DNA of 36,132 bases from Basidiobolus meristosporus CBS 931.73 (taxonomy: Eukaryota > Fungi > Basidiobolomycota): assembly GCA_002104905.1 (NCBI GenBank), contig MCFE01000790.1, positions 1 through 36,132 of the forward strand, given 5' to 3'. Under the pieces are notes generated by a model. The model searched no databases. It had not been told where the DNA came from and worked only from the letters and a program-made list of their open reading frames with translations. This document shows positions 1 to 9,599 of the stretch, one piece after another. Positions within the stretch are counted from its first letter, which is position 1. Every line of letters begins with the position of its first letter. The position numbers and the translations under genes are program-made.

Positions 1-186
1 GTTGGCGCAATCATCCGTGCCAACCTCATTGTGTCAGATTGTGCCATAGTGTGCAAGATTGTCCCGCATAGTGCAAAATTGTCCAAGAACAATCCTGCCT
101 TCTGGTGGCTATAATATTGCACCCAATTGTTCTTTACAACCGCGGATTGCACCACGCACCCTGGCACGGTACAATGGAACAAGTCT
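1..186. mobile_element. Terminus of a Harbinger/ISL2EU-like (AGACTTGTTC-TIR) element, truncated by the window edge
   Basis: Ends ...TGGCACGGTACAATGGAACAAGTCT at 186, matching the foldback termini at 26485 and 32051. Followed by AAT, inside the 3' end of the CACTA-like transposase. Repeated GTGCC/GTGCA motifs and several intact CpGs. Confidence 0.75.
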
Positions 187-189
187 AAT

Positions 190-2937
190 GCTACTGTACC
201 AACTTACCAAATGGTATTTCCTTTTCCTACCTCCCCTTGTGCAATTCATATATTCCACTGTTGAATCACCCCACTTTATTTGCCTACCTACTACTACCTT
301 GGGTACTCCACATATAGCTTGAATCAAAAATATTTGGCCTCCTGCTCACTAACCTCTACAAACACGCACACCTGCTGCAATTGATATAGTTTGATCACCT
401 CAACTTTATGGCTTTTTAGTGTGATACTTGCAAAGTTGCTATATACCTTGTACTGCTGGTAACATATACATCTTGCAAACATATGCTTGGTTGTTGCCAC
501 TTCTGCCATGAATACCTCCTGAATATCCGCAAAGAACCTCTTGTCATTTAGCCAATATATTCCTTCTCCCTGCTGGATTCTAGTCCCCTTATAGGTGCAG
601 TCTGGCATTTGTTTGACTGAATTCTGTGCTGAATGGTGTAGAAGTTGGCTTCTGACCATGAGAAATCTGGCATATCTTGGTAGAGTTTTCCTGATAAAAA
701 TCAGTTGCTTGTTGCACCCAACCCAACTTTGCATTTCTTAGCTGATTACCCATGCATTAGGGCTGCTTAGCTTCTTAATGCCATAGGCATACATATCTTT
801 ATATGCACATTTATCCTCAGTATTTTCCAACTGTTTCTGGCTGTCCTCCATGTGCCAACTCATCACATCCATGATGGACTTGAGGGTAATCTTCTTGATG
901 AGATTGTGATATGGTAGTACCTGCTACTTGACTTGTCTTCCTATCTCCCCACACATCTGCTCCATAGGAAACTCCTAAAAGGTGAAGCAAGGCCCAGTAA
1001 TCTCCACACACTGTGCAAGATGGAGTAGAGAATGGATACAGTAGAGGGAGAGATCTACGTGTTCTGCTTTATGTTTGTAGTATAGCCACTCAGATCCCTT
1101 TACAAACTCCTCACACAACAGCTATAGATGTGTCAAGTTGGCATTGGTGATTTGCTTCTGGATAAATACTCCTACAATGTCCACATATGACTCCCAATGC
1201 TTCCAATGTACTCTTAGTAGGAATGGCTTCAGAACACCACTTGAATAAATACATATCCAGCTTCTCCAGTCTATGCATTTGTATTGTCACATATACATAT
1301 GAATATTAATTGGCACCCATGAGAAGTACTTAGGGTAGCAGATACTCTGTAATATCTTGCCAATTCTTTCAAAATTTTCCAGTAACTTGAATTGCTCATT
1401 GAGCTTGAAATGCCCCATGCACAACTTAGTCTTTAGTATAGGGATATTGTTGGAAAGCAAATGCATTTCTCTCAGTGGAAAGCTTCTGCTCCAACAGATA
1501 CCCTCTATCTCAAGTATCTCCAGTTCCCAATTGATTCCATATTCCAGCCAATGGCTCATAGCTTGCCAACTATGCTGCAATTACATGTTTTCTTCTGTAC
1601 ATTCTCTCTGTAGAAAGATGATGTTCTTAGTGCTGATGTTTGGGTAATAATAATGTGTGTGAGTTATGGAGTTAATCCCCTGGATCTCATATATTTGACA
1701 GCAATACCATCCATTGTGCCCAGAAAAACCTGCTATATTGCTGATGGCTGGGGTATCTCCAATGCAGATAATAATATGCGCTTTTACATGACAGCCATTT
1801 ACTGTTATCCTGGTGGAAAGCATACAAAATTCATCCAGCAATGGATACAGGTAGCTGTCCATGTTGGATGGTGATTTAGGCCCAGATACCAGTGAGGCTA
1901 CAATCAGATTCAGATTGACAAGAATCAGTGGCCAGCAGGATTTGCTGGTAGAGTACTTGTTTAATGAGAATCCATCAAGTGCTAAAGCAAAGGCATGGTC
2001 ATACATACCTTCAAAGTAGCCTTGCTTCTTAGCTGTTTCTAATGTTTGCCATTGAATATATTGGAAATGTTTGTACTTAATTGATACTGAGTACAGTACT
2101 GTATAGCTTTGCAGTATTTGTTGGACTGCATCAGCTTCATCATACAGGGTATGGCCAGTATATATCCGGAGTGTGAACACTGTTTTCCCTCAATGGTGGG
2201 GGATTCCTGACAATTTGACACATTTCAATGGTAGCATTTTTGGATGTGAATGCATTGCAAATTTTAACACATGCTGGAATTAGGAATGTCTCTGGCTCAT
2301 ATGTTGCTAGCCACATGACAGTTGTCCACTTGTACCATGTACATAGTGAGTTACATCCTGGTATGATTTTGGCAAGAAGTAGTAATATATCCTCAAGGCC
2401 CCCATTACTGATATTAGTGGAAATGCACCACTTCTCTAGCCACAACATTACATTATTCACCAGTGGATGGACTACTGGGCTCACTTGGCTCCATAAAGTA
2501 TCCTTAGCATTTGTTTCAGTGGGTGTTGTCTCATTACATCTAAGGATTTGACTGGTCTCATACATGGTACTGTTGTTAGGGGTAATAGGCTCAAAATCTA
2601 TCAGTGAGCCATCTTTATCAGAGCTATCACTCTGTGTGCCATATTCAGAAGGCTGAGGTGAGCCTTAAGGCATCACAAACTCACCTTACTCAGTTTGCAC
2701 ATGGTGACAAAGATGGCCAGGTGCCAATATAGAAGTATCAACTGGCCAGCAAAATAATCTGGGTACAATAGTGACCAATGAATGGTCAAATATGACCTGG
2801 GTGGCAAAACAATGGCCATGATCCTTGTAATACTTCCTATGCTGTCTGTGTGCTTCATGGATGAGTGGCTTGCCACAATAGCCAAATGGTCTTTTTTCTC
2901 TTCTCTCATGGCTTTGAGTCAAAGTAGTTGTGTCCAT
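190..2937 (-). pseudogene. CACTA/EnSpm-like (Tnp2/Transposase_21-type) transposase, degraded, copy A
   Basis: Successive minus-strand ORF fragments: ACVKICNAF..CQ, DHAFALALDGFSL, CWPLILVNLNL, GPKSPSNMDSYLYPLLDEF, CIGDTPAISNIAGFSGHNGWYCC, and C-terminal KGTRIQQGEGIYWL...KYHLV. Many stops and frameshifts. Homologous to copies near 9.6, 13 and 26 kb. Confidence 0.85.
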
Positions 2938-3159
2938 GGGGCAAACTGTTTGATCTTCAACAACATAACACTATTATATTACCTTTTGGTCAATACTCAT
3001 GTGAACTTATGACAGTTTTGTATTTGAGACATTGCACCTACATTAATGTAAGATTCAAGGATGACCTGCCATAGTAAGCATTATGAATAAAGTTGTGGCA
3101 CTACATACACATGTATATGTAACACTACTTCCCCCTTGGTTTGACTCACTTCCATATGT
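2938..3159. promoter_or_regulatory. Putative bidirectional promoter between transposase and accessory ORF
   Basis: 222-bp spacer between divergent ATGs (2937 minus, 3160 plus). The equivalent ~217-bp spacer (25458-25674) is homologous and has ATGs at the same positions. Promoter function is inferred only. Confidence 0.4.
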
Positions 3160-3865
3160 ATGCCACCAAAATATAAAGCAAAGTTGTCTGGTTCTCAACT
3201 AAACCCCACCACTGATGGCAAACAAAGAACAGTTGGACAACAGCTTGCTGTGACATTCAGTGCAACAAATGGAGCTACATGCAAAAAAGGCCCTGTGGAC
3301 AGTGTGCCCATTGAAGGTAATAACATGGACTCCTCAGGCTCTCAGTCAAGTAGGCAATTGAGAACCTCTGCGGAGCCACAAGCTGACCATTATACTCAGG
3401 TAGATGAGAATGTAGCAAACACAGTACCCCCAGTTAAAGATCAGCAAGTGGCCATGATAGCATCACCACCACCCATATTAGCAGGTATGATGTCAGCTCA
3501 TACCAATGCATCAATGAAGCAATTAGGTGCAGTGGCTGATAGGATAGATGCAAGGGCCCAGAGAAATCAGGAAATAGTCCCAAAACAGGATGAGCAGATA
3601 ATACGTGTAGAGCAAGCAATATCCCAGGTAGAGAAAGCAATATCTTTGTTGCAATGAAGGAACTCAATTAGCTCAATGTCACAGCCAAGAATTGAGCCAT
3701 TTCCCAATGTAACAGCAGAGGAACACCGTACAGTCTATGAAGCACAACAACAGTGCCCAAAGATAAAGTCCATAGAAAAACCTATCACAGCATGGGAGGG
3801 AGACAATGTGGTGTTTATACCAAAGCCTAAGAGTAAAAAGACATTGAAGATCTGTGAAGCCATTG
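3160..3865 (+). pseudogene. Accessory ORF of the CACTA-like element (unknown function), copy A, 3'-truncated
   Basis: ORFs 3160-3657 and 3676- are in frame, separated by one TGA (CAA/AAA in the other copies). Predicted coiled-coil segment QDEQIIRVEQAISQVEKAISLLQ. Homologous to 24010-25457, 30690-32093 and 9380-9590. Homology stops near 3865. Confidence 0.65.
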
Positions 3866-3915
3866 GTACACCCACAGATTTCATCTTGCATACCAGCAGG
3901 GTAGTTCTGTTCCTT
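3865..3915 (-). pseudogene. Distal piece of Cop2 gag, left of the Cop1 insertion
   Basis: Removing Cop1 and one AGATT joins 8606+ to this segment in frame: KMFLRQ*FLTTNTLVGEEIKNLRNRTTLLVCKMKSVGVP, resembling copia gag (UBN2-type). Confidence 0.6.
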
Positions 3916-3920
3916 AGATT

Positions 3921-4288
3921 TGTTGCAATTTAAGAAGTGATTTGGATATAAGGAACTTATCAAGAAATAGTGATATTGTTGAACTGTTGTTTATTCATAA
4001 AGAAGCTCAGTATTTATACCTTTGTAGAAGTAATACAGCTGCAACACTAAGTAGGGAGGGTTTCTCAATATTCAGGAGCCTTCTGTAACAGTTTCAGGGT
4101 TAGTACATAATGTTTGGTAATAGTGCTAATTTGATCCTGACTATAGGGGAATAATCATAAGATCATATATCTGGAGAAAGTGGCAAAGTTAAGGCAGTAA
4201 ATGAGTCCTACAGTGACTAAGACTAGCCTAGAATTGTTAAGTAAATTTTTAGCTGCTGAATGATACCAAATAGTCCAATATTTCAACA
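3921..4288 (-). repeat. 3' LTR of Cop1 (368 bp)
   Basis: Differs from 8237-8605 at 3 positions by eye (one 1-bp indel, two substitutions). Confidence 0.97.
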
Positions 4289-7200
4289 CTCCCCCTCAAC
4301 TAAATAATTTCTTAATCCCAATTTCTCTCTAAGGATCTCAAACTGTGGCCTTGCTAGTGGTTTTGTCAATATGTCTGCCACCATTTTGTCAGTTGGGCAG
4401 TAAACCAGCTCTACTAAGTTATTTTCTACAGCTTCCCTCACAAAGTGATGCTGTATATCAATGTGCTTAGTTCTGGCATGATTAGTAGGATTTCTAGCTA
4501 ATGAAATACAAGTTTGATTATCCTTGTAAATACATGTTGGTTCACCTGAATTAAAACCTAAGTCTTTGAATAATTTTCGTAGCCATATAGCCTCCTTAGT
4601 TGCTTGACATGCAGCCATATATTTGGCTTCAGTTGTAGATAGTGCCACAGTTGGTTGTTTCTTGCAATTCCAAGTAATAGCTGCACCAGCATAAAGAAAT
4701 ACATAGCCTGTGGTAGAGCATCTGTCAATCAAATCTCTACCCCAATCTGAATCACTATAACTATCAAATTTTTGCCTATTAGCTGCTCCAGAGTATTCCA
4801 GTACCATACTTATGGTACCTTGTAGATATCTGAAAATCCGCTTAACTGCTGCAATTTGATCTGATCCATAATTCTGCATGAATTGACTGACTATTCCAAC
4901 TGCTACTGCAATATCTGGACGTGTAGACACCATCAAGTACATTAGGCTACCAACCATTGATTGATAGGGAAAGTTTTGGTCCATATTTGAGCCGTTTTCA
5001 TCCATAACTGGCTGAGATTTGCTTAATTTCAGGTTATTGTCCATAGGGGTTGCTGCAGGCTTGCAATTTTCCATTTTGAAGCATCTAAGAATGTCCCTGA
5101 TGTACTTAGACTGATTCAGCACAATTTTCTGCGTAGGTATGTCAAATTTGACCTCAATTCCAAGAAAATAGCTCAATTTTCCAAGATCTTTCATCTCAAA
5201 CTTGCTGAAGAGATCTGATTTCGTCTGTTTAAGTGCCTCTTGATCACTTGTAGCTATAATTAGGTCATCCACATAAAGAACTAGGATAATCACACCCTTT
5301 TTGAGCTGTTTCACATATATACTGTGATCTGCAGTGCTACGAGAGAACCCAATTTCCTCTAGATATGTGTCAATCTTGTTATACCATGCTCTGGGTGCCT
5401 GCTTAAGCCCATACAACAATTTTCTAAGTTTGCACACCTTATGGGGGCTTTTTGGATCGGTAAAACCTTCTGGTTGCTCCATATATATAGTTTCTTGCAA
5501 ATCCCCATTTAGAAAGGCTGTTTTGACGTCCATTTGGTGTAGATCTAGACTGTGTACAGCTGCCAGGGCTAGAACTGTCCTAATAGAGTTAAACTTGGCA
5601 ACCGGAGCAAATGTTTCCTTAAAGTCTAGTCCCTGGATCTGGGAATAGCATTTAGCTACCAATCTAGCCTTGTACTTATCAACGGCACCATTTGAGGTTA
5701 TCTTGATCTTGTAGACCCATCTACATCCTATTGGCTTTCTCCCATTTGGTAAATCTACCAGTTCCCACGTTTTTGCCTTGATCAGTGATTGGTACTCCTC
5801 CTGCATGGCTTGTTGCCACTTAGTAGCATCTGGACCTTGCATTGCCTGTTCCAGATTCTGAGGTTTGGCACATAAGGCAAGATAAGCTTCTTCATGATCA
5901 TTGGATGTCTGCCACCAGGATCCAGGGGCATTTCTTATTCTAGTAGATCTCCTAACTGGGATAATCTGATCTGATCTGGAACTGGTAGAAGTATCTTCCA
6001 TCTCTGGCTGGATTTGGTACGTATCTTCCTCATTTGTGTTGATTGCATCATCACGCAGCTGGCCAATGATTTCTGTGGCTTTCTGATCTGAATTCTCCTC
6101 AAATACAACGTCCCTGCTCTTGATCAGCTTCTGAATTTCGCCATCATACACTCTATACCCTTTAGTATCTTCACAATACCCAAGAAAGATCCCTTTTCTA
6201 CTCTTTGGTTCCAACTTTGAGCGTTTTTTGTCAGGGATGTGATAAAAAACATCACTGCCAAAGATCCTGAGGTGCTGGAGATCTGGTTTTTTCCCTGTAT
6301 ATGCTTCAAAGGGTGTAGAATCACGTAGTGCTGTTGTTGGGCATCTGTTCTTGATGTATACAGCGGTAGCAACAGATTCAGCCCAAAACTTGTAGTCCAT
6401 TCCCTTATCATGTAGCATAGATCTTCCCATCTCTACTATTGTTCTATTTGCACGTTCTGCTACTCCATTTTGCTGTGGAGTATGAAGAACTGTGGTCTGT
6501 TGAAGTATACCAGTAGACAAGCAGTATTTTGCAAACTCCTTTGAGCAGTATTCTCCTCCATTGTCACTTCGTAGTACCTTCAATTTACACCCAGTTTGTG
6601 TTTCTGCCATGTTCTTGAAGTGCTTAAGCGTCTCTAAAGCTTCATCCTTTGTTTTGAGGAAGTATACCCATGTATATCTTGTCTTGTCATCAATAAACGT
6701 CATAAAGTATCTCTTGGCTCCAAAGGACAGTGTTCTCATGGGGCCACATATGTCTGAGTGTACAATAGCCAATATCTCGGTGGTATTAATGCCTTCTGAG
6801 CTCTTGAAACGTTGCCTAGCTTGTTTGCCATATGAACATCCCTTACAAACATTCAATTTGATCGGAATTGAGTATTTTAGGCCCAAAACAAGCTGATTTT
6901 TCACCAATTGGCTCATTTTCTGTTCCCCTATGTGTCCTAGCCTCCTATGCCACGTCTCCCAGTTGGTTTCATCAGTTTCAGCAATGTTGACATACTCAGG
7001 TACAATGATCTTGCATTGTAACTTGTATATATTGTGATCTCTGATTCCCGAAGCTAATTTTTGTCCATTTTCACTCAATATTGAGCAGCTCAGCTTAGTA
7101 AAAACGAATTTCAGTCCCTGAGTAGTTGCTTTACTGACTGAGAGTAGGTTCTTAGCTATTCCAGGTACATAGAGTACGTCAGTCAGTTTTGCTGTTGTTG

Positions 7201-8200
7201 TCCCTGAGTTATCACTCATATTTAGTTGTATAGACCCACTAGCGGTAGCTTCCAATGCAGAGTTATCTCCCAGATAAACCTTTCTTACGGGAATAGTCTT
7301 TAAGTTGCTGAACCAATCCTTTATACCACAAATATGCTGTGATGCTCCAGAGTCAATATACCATTCATTACTTTGGTTACTTGCACTCTCTTGTACAGTG
7401 ACAAATAACTGTTCATCAGTAGTTATATGGTTTGCCTGCTCTAGTTTCTGTTTTTCGTCTGCTTGTTTCTTCTTGCATTCTCTTGCCCAGTGTCCTGGCT
7501 TCTTACAGTAGTTACAGCAGCCAGGTTTTCTTCGGTTTTGTTGCTTTCCCTTCTTTTCTGTATGCCTTTCTGAACTGAATAAAGCATTATCTTCAATTTT
7601 CTCTGCTTGATCATTACGTCTGAGTTCTTCATGGAGAAGTCTTCCTTTGACATAGTCTAAAGTCAAGTTGTCTTCTCTGCTTTCAAAAGAAAGTATGAGT
7701 GGCTCATACTTGTCTGGTAGGCTGCAAAGCAGACAGAGTATCTTTTCTTCATCATCTACACCAGCATTAATACTGTAAAGTTCTTCTGCAAGTGTCTCCA
7801 TTCTGGTAATGAGTTGTAGCATGTCATCATCTGGCTTTTTTCTCATGTTGAAGAACTTTTGTTTCAAATAAAGCTTGCTTGATACTGACTTTGCTCTAAA
7901 GATCTTCTCTAAGGGTTCCCATGCTGCTTTGGCAGTATTTGAGGCATGGATTTGTCCAATGAAGGAGTCTTGCACATTGATGCATATTGCATTGAAGGCC
8001 TTTCTCTCCTTCTCTTGAAACTTCTCCACATCTTCTGCTGTTCCTTTGGGCTCAACTTCCTTTCCTGTTACTATGTTCCAAAGCTTTCTTTCCTCAAGGT
8101 GGATCTGCATCTTGATTCTCCAAAGTCTGTAGTTCTTCCCATCAAACCTCTCCTTTACAGGGAAGATGTTGGTATTGCTTTGTTTGCTGGTAGAAGTCAT
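4283..8200 (-). CDS. Cop1 gag-pol polyprotein (1305 aa)
   Basis: Gag GKNYRLWRIKM; zinc knuckle CNYCKKPGHWAREC; protease WYIDSGAS; WHRRLGH...CKGC; integrase core HSDICGP, LRSDNGGEY, PQQNGVAER; RT QMDVKTAFL, YGLKQAPRAW, LYVDDL; RNase H YSDSDW, KHIDIQHHF. Stop codon lies in the first bases of the 3' LTR (TGT TGA). Confidence 0.97.
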   Translation of the reverse strand: MTSTSKQSNTNIFPVKERFDGKNYRLWRIKMQIHLEERKLWNIVTGKEVEPKGTAEDVEKFQEKERKAFNAICINVQDSFIGQIHASNTAKAAWEPLEKIFRAKSVSSKLYLKQKFFNMRKKPDDDMLQLITRMETLAEELYSINAGVDDEEKILCLLCSLPDKYEPLILSFESREDNLTLDYVKGRLLHEELRRNDQAEKIEDNALFSSERHTEKKGKQQNRRKPGCCNYCKKPGHWARECKKKQADEKQKLEQANHITTDEQLFVTVQESASNQSNEWYIDSGASQHICGIKDWFSNLKTIPVRKVYLGDNSALEATASGSIQLNMSDNSGTTTAKLTDVLYVPGIAKNLLSVSKATTQGLKFVFTKLSCSILSENGQKLASGIRDHNIYKLQCKIIVPEYVNIAETDETNWETWHRRLGHIGEQKMSQLVKNQLVLGLKYSIPIKLNVCKGCSYGKQARQRFKSSEGINTTEILAIVHSDICGPMRTLSFGAKRYFMTFIDDKTRYTWVYFLKTKDEALETLKHFKNMAETQTGCKLKVLRSDNGGEYCSKEFAKYCLSTGILQQTTVLHTPQQNGVAERANRTIVEMGRSMLHDKGMDYKFWAESVATAVYIKNRCPTTALRDSTPFEAYTGKKPDLQHLRIFGSDVFYHIPDKKRSKLEPKSRKGIFLGYCEDTKGYRVYDGEIQKLIKSRDVVFEENSDQKATEIIGQLRDDAINTNEEDTYQIQPEMEDTSTSSRSDQIIPVRRSTRIRNAPGSWWQTSNDHEEAYLALCAKPQNLEQAMQGPDATKWQQAMQEEYQSLIKAKTWELVDLPNGRKPIGCRWVYKIKITSNGAVDKYKARLVAKCYSQIQGLDFKETFAPVAKFNSIRTVLALAAVHSLDLHQMDVKTAFLNGDLQETIYMEQPEGFTDPKSPHKVCKLRKLLYGLKQAPRAWYNKIDTYLEEIGFSRSTADHSIYVKQLKKGVIILVLYVDDLIIATSDQEALKQTKSDLFSKFEMKDLGKLSYFLGIEVKFDIPTQKIVLNQSKYIRDILRCFKMENCKPAATPMDNNLKLSKSQPVMDENGSNMDQNFPYQSMVGSLMYLMVSTRPDIAVAVGIVSQFMQNYGSDQIAAVKRIFRYLQGTISMVLEYSGAANRQKFDSYSDSDWGRDLIDRCSTTGYVFLYAGAAITWNCKKQPTVALSTTEAKYMAACQATKEAIWLRKLFKDLGFNSGEPTCIYKDNQTCISLARNPTNHARTKHIDIQHHFVREAVENNLVELVYCPTDKMVADILTKPLARPQFEILREKLGLRNYLVEGEC
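4289..4300 (-). other. Polypurine tract of Cop1
   Basis: GTTGAGGGGGAG immediately upstream of the 3' LTR on the minus strand. Confidence 0.9.
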
Positions 8201-8222
8201 CTTTAGAATAGATTAAGGCAAT

Positions 8223-8236
8223 CGGGGCTCATAACC
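8223..8236 (-). other. Primer-binding site of Cop1 (half-tRNAiMet type)
   Basis: GGTTATGAGCCCCG directly after the 5' LTR; complementary to the GGGCTCATAACC anticodon arm of fungal tRNAiMet, as in Ty5. Confidence 0.85.
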
Positions 8237-8605
8237 TGTTGCAATTTAAGAAGTGATTTGGATATAAGGAACTTATCAAGAAATAGTGATAATTGTTGAA
8301 CTGTTGTTTATTCATAAAGAAGCTCAGTATTTATACCTTTGTAGAAGTAATACAGCTGCAACACTAAGTAGGGATGGTTTCTCAATATTCAGGAGCCTTC
8401 TGTAACAGTTTCAGGGTTAGTACATAATGTTTGGTAATAGTGCTAATTTGATCCTGACTATAGGGGAATAATCATAAGATCATATATCTGGAGAAAGTGG
8501 CGAAGTTAAGGCAGTAAATGAGTCCTACAGTGACTAAGACTAGCCTAGAATTGTTAAGTAAATTTTTAGCTGCTGAATGATACCAAATAGTCCAATATTT
8601 CAACA
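8237..8605 (-). repeat. 5' LTR of Cop1 (369 bp)
   Basis: Minus strand reads TGTTGAAATATT...AATTGCAACA; near-identical to 3921-4288. Confidence 0.97.
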
Positions 8606-9269
8606 AGATTTTTAATTTCTTCTCCTACCAGCGTATTTGTAGTAAGGAACTATTGTCTAAGAAACATTTTCTTAGCAGCTGAGCATGATTGACAGATGTC
8701 TTCTAATGCCTTCCAGGCATTCTTTGCTGTTTTTGTGCTGGAGCATTGAATCAGCAATTTGCTTTTGACATTAAGGCAAATACAGTTAAAGGCACTTTGG
8801 TTCTTCTTCTGGCACTTTAAGACTTCCTCTCCCATGCTTATAAGAGGGCATTCTTCTCCTGTGACAGTATCCCAAAGGCTTCTTTCTTGTAGCAGCTTTG
8901 TCATCTTCACCTTCCACACCTAGTTATCAGATCTATACAATATTTCAGCAGAGGGAGAGGCTCCAGTAATAGCAGTAATAGACAGCGCAGAGAGTGACAG
9001 CTTGGGGCCCATAACCAGTTGTAAAATTCTTGGATATATTGAAAGTGGTGGGAAAGCAAATAAATTGTGTGGTTTTCACTTAGGATTAGTTGAATGTAAA
9101 GGTAGTATTTGTACTCTTTGATGATTTTGGCATAACAAGCACATATACTTGGTTGAGGAAGGTCACCAGAGCATGTGTACAAAGCTTAGGGCTGTCTAGA
9201 CAACTTTAAGAATCCTCAACTTTGGTGTACCTAATAGTTTGTTCAAAATAATCCAAGTAAATTCCAACA
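8606..9269 (-). mobile_element. Remnant of a second copia family (Cop2): putative LTR ~9017-9269, PBS 9004-9016, gag 5' part
   Basis: gag DN*VWKVKMTKLLQERSLWDTV...AKNAWKALE; PBS GGTTATGGGCCCC; candidate LTR TGTTGGAAT...TTTTACAACT (boundary inferred, no second copy to confirm). Confidence 0.7.
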
Positions 9270-9379
9270 AGGAGCTTAGTCAGTATTCTCTAAGATATTT
9301 AGGTAATGATCCAAGTGACTATGTTAGGTGATTATTTAGGTGGAATTACATATTTTCACACACCTGTATTGTATTAAAT

Positions 9380-9590
9380 TCTGTCCTTGATAAATGCTGT
9401 ACTGGTGCATTTGTTTCTACCTGCTTGCCCCTTACTGGCACTTTTCCAGCTACCAGACATTTCTTTGCTGCTTGTATTGCATTTTCAGCCCTGTCTGTGA
9501 TGGGCTCCTAAAGAAAGCCACTGTTCTTTGTCACTGCCATGTCCTGCTCTGTTACTTTGACTAAATGGTTCTTGAGTTTGTCTACATATT
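9380..9590 (-). pseudogene. 3' fragment of CACTA accessory ORF, copy B
   Basis: Aligns with 30700-30900 (CTTGATAAATG.TGTA.TGGTGCAT...TGGCACT.TT.CAGCTACC.GACAT). Confidence 0.5.
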
Positions 9591-9599
9591 TTCACTGAA

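Larger units (their letters stand above)
3921..8605 (-). mobile_element. Full-length Ty1/copia LTR retrotransposon (Cop1)
   Basis: Two TG...CA LTRs; 5-bp TSD AGATT at 3916-3920 and 8606-8610; PBS, PPT and a single gag-pol ORF with PR-IN-RT-RH order. Confidence 0.98.

Noticed and set aside
3676-3933. ORF 3676-3933 as a complete gene
   Set aside because: Chimeric: accessory ORF to ~3865, then antisense Cop2 gag and the Cop1 LTR end.
5334-8206. Short ORFs antisense or overlapping to Cop1 (5334, 6124, 6561, 7305, 7441, 7946; also 34487, 35182, 35795)
   Set aside because: Shadow frames of gag-pol; they recur only because the element is repeated.
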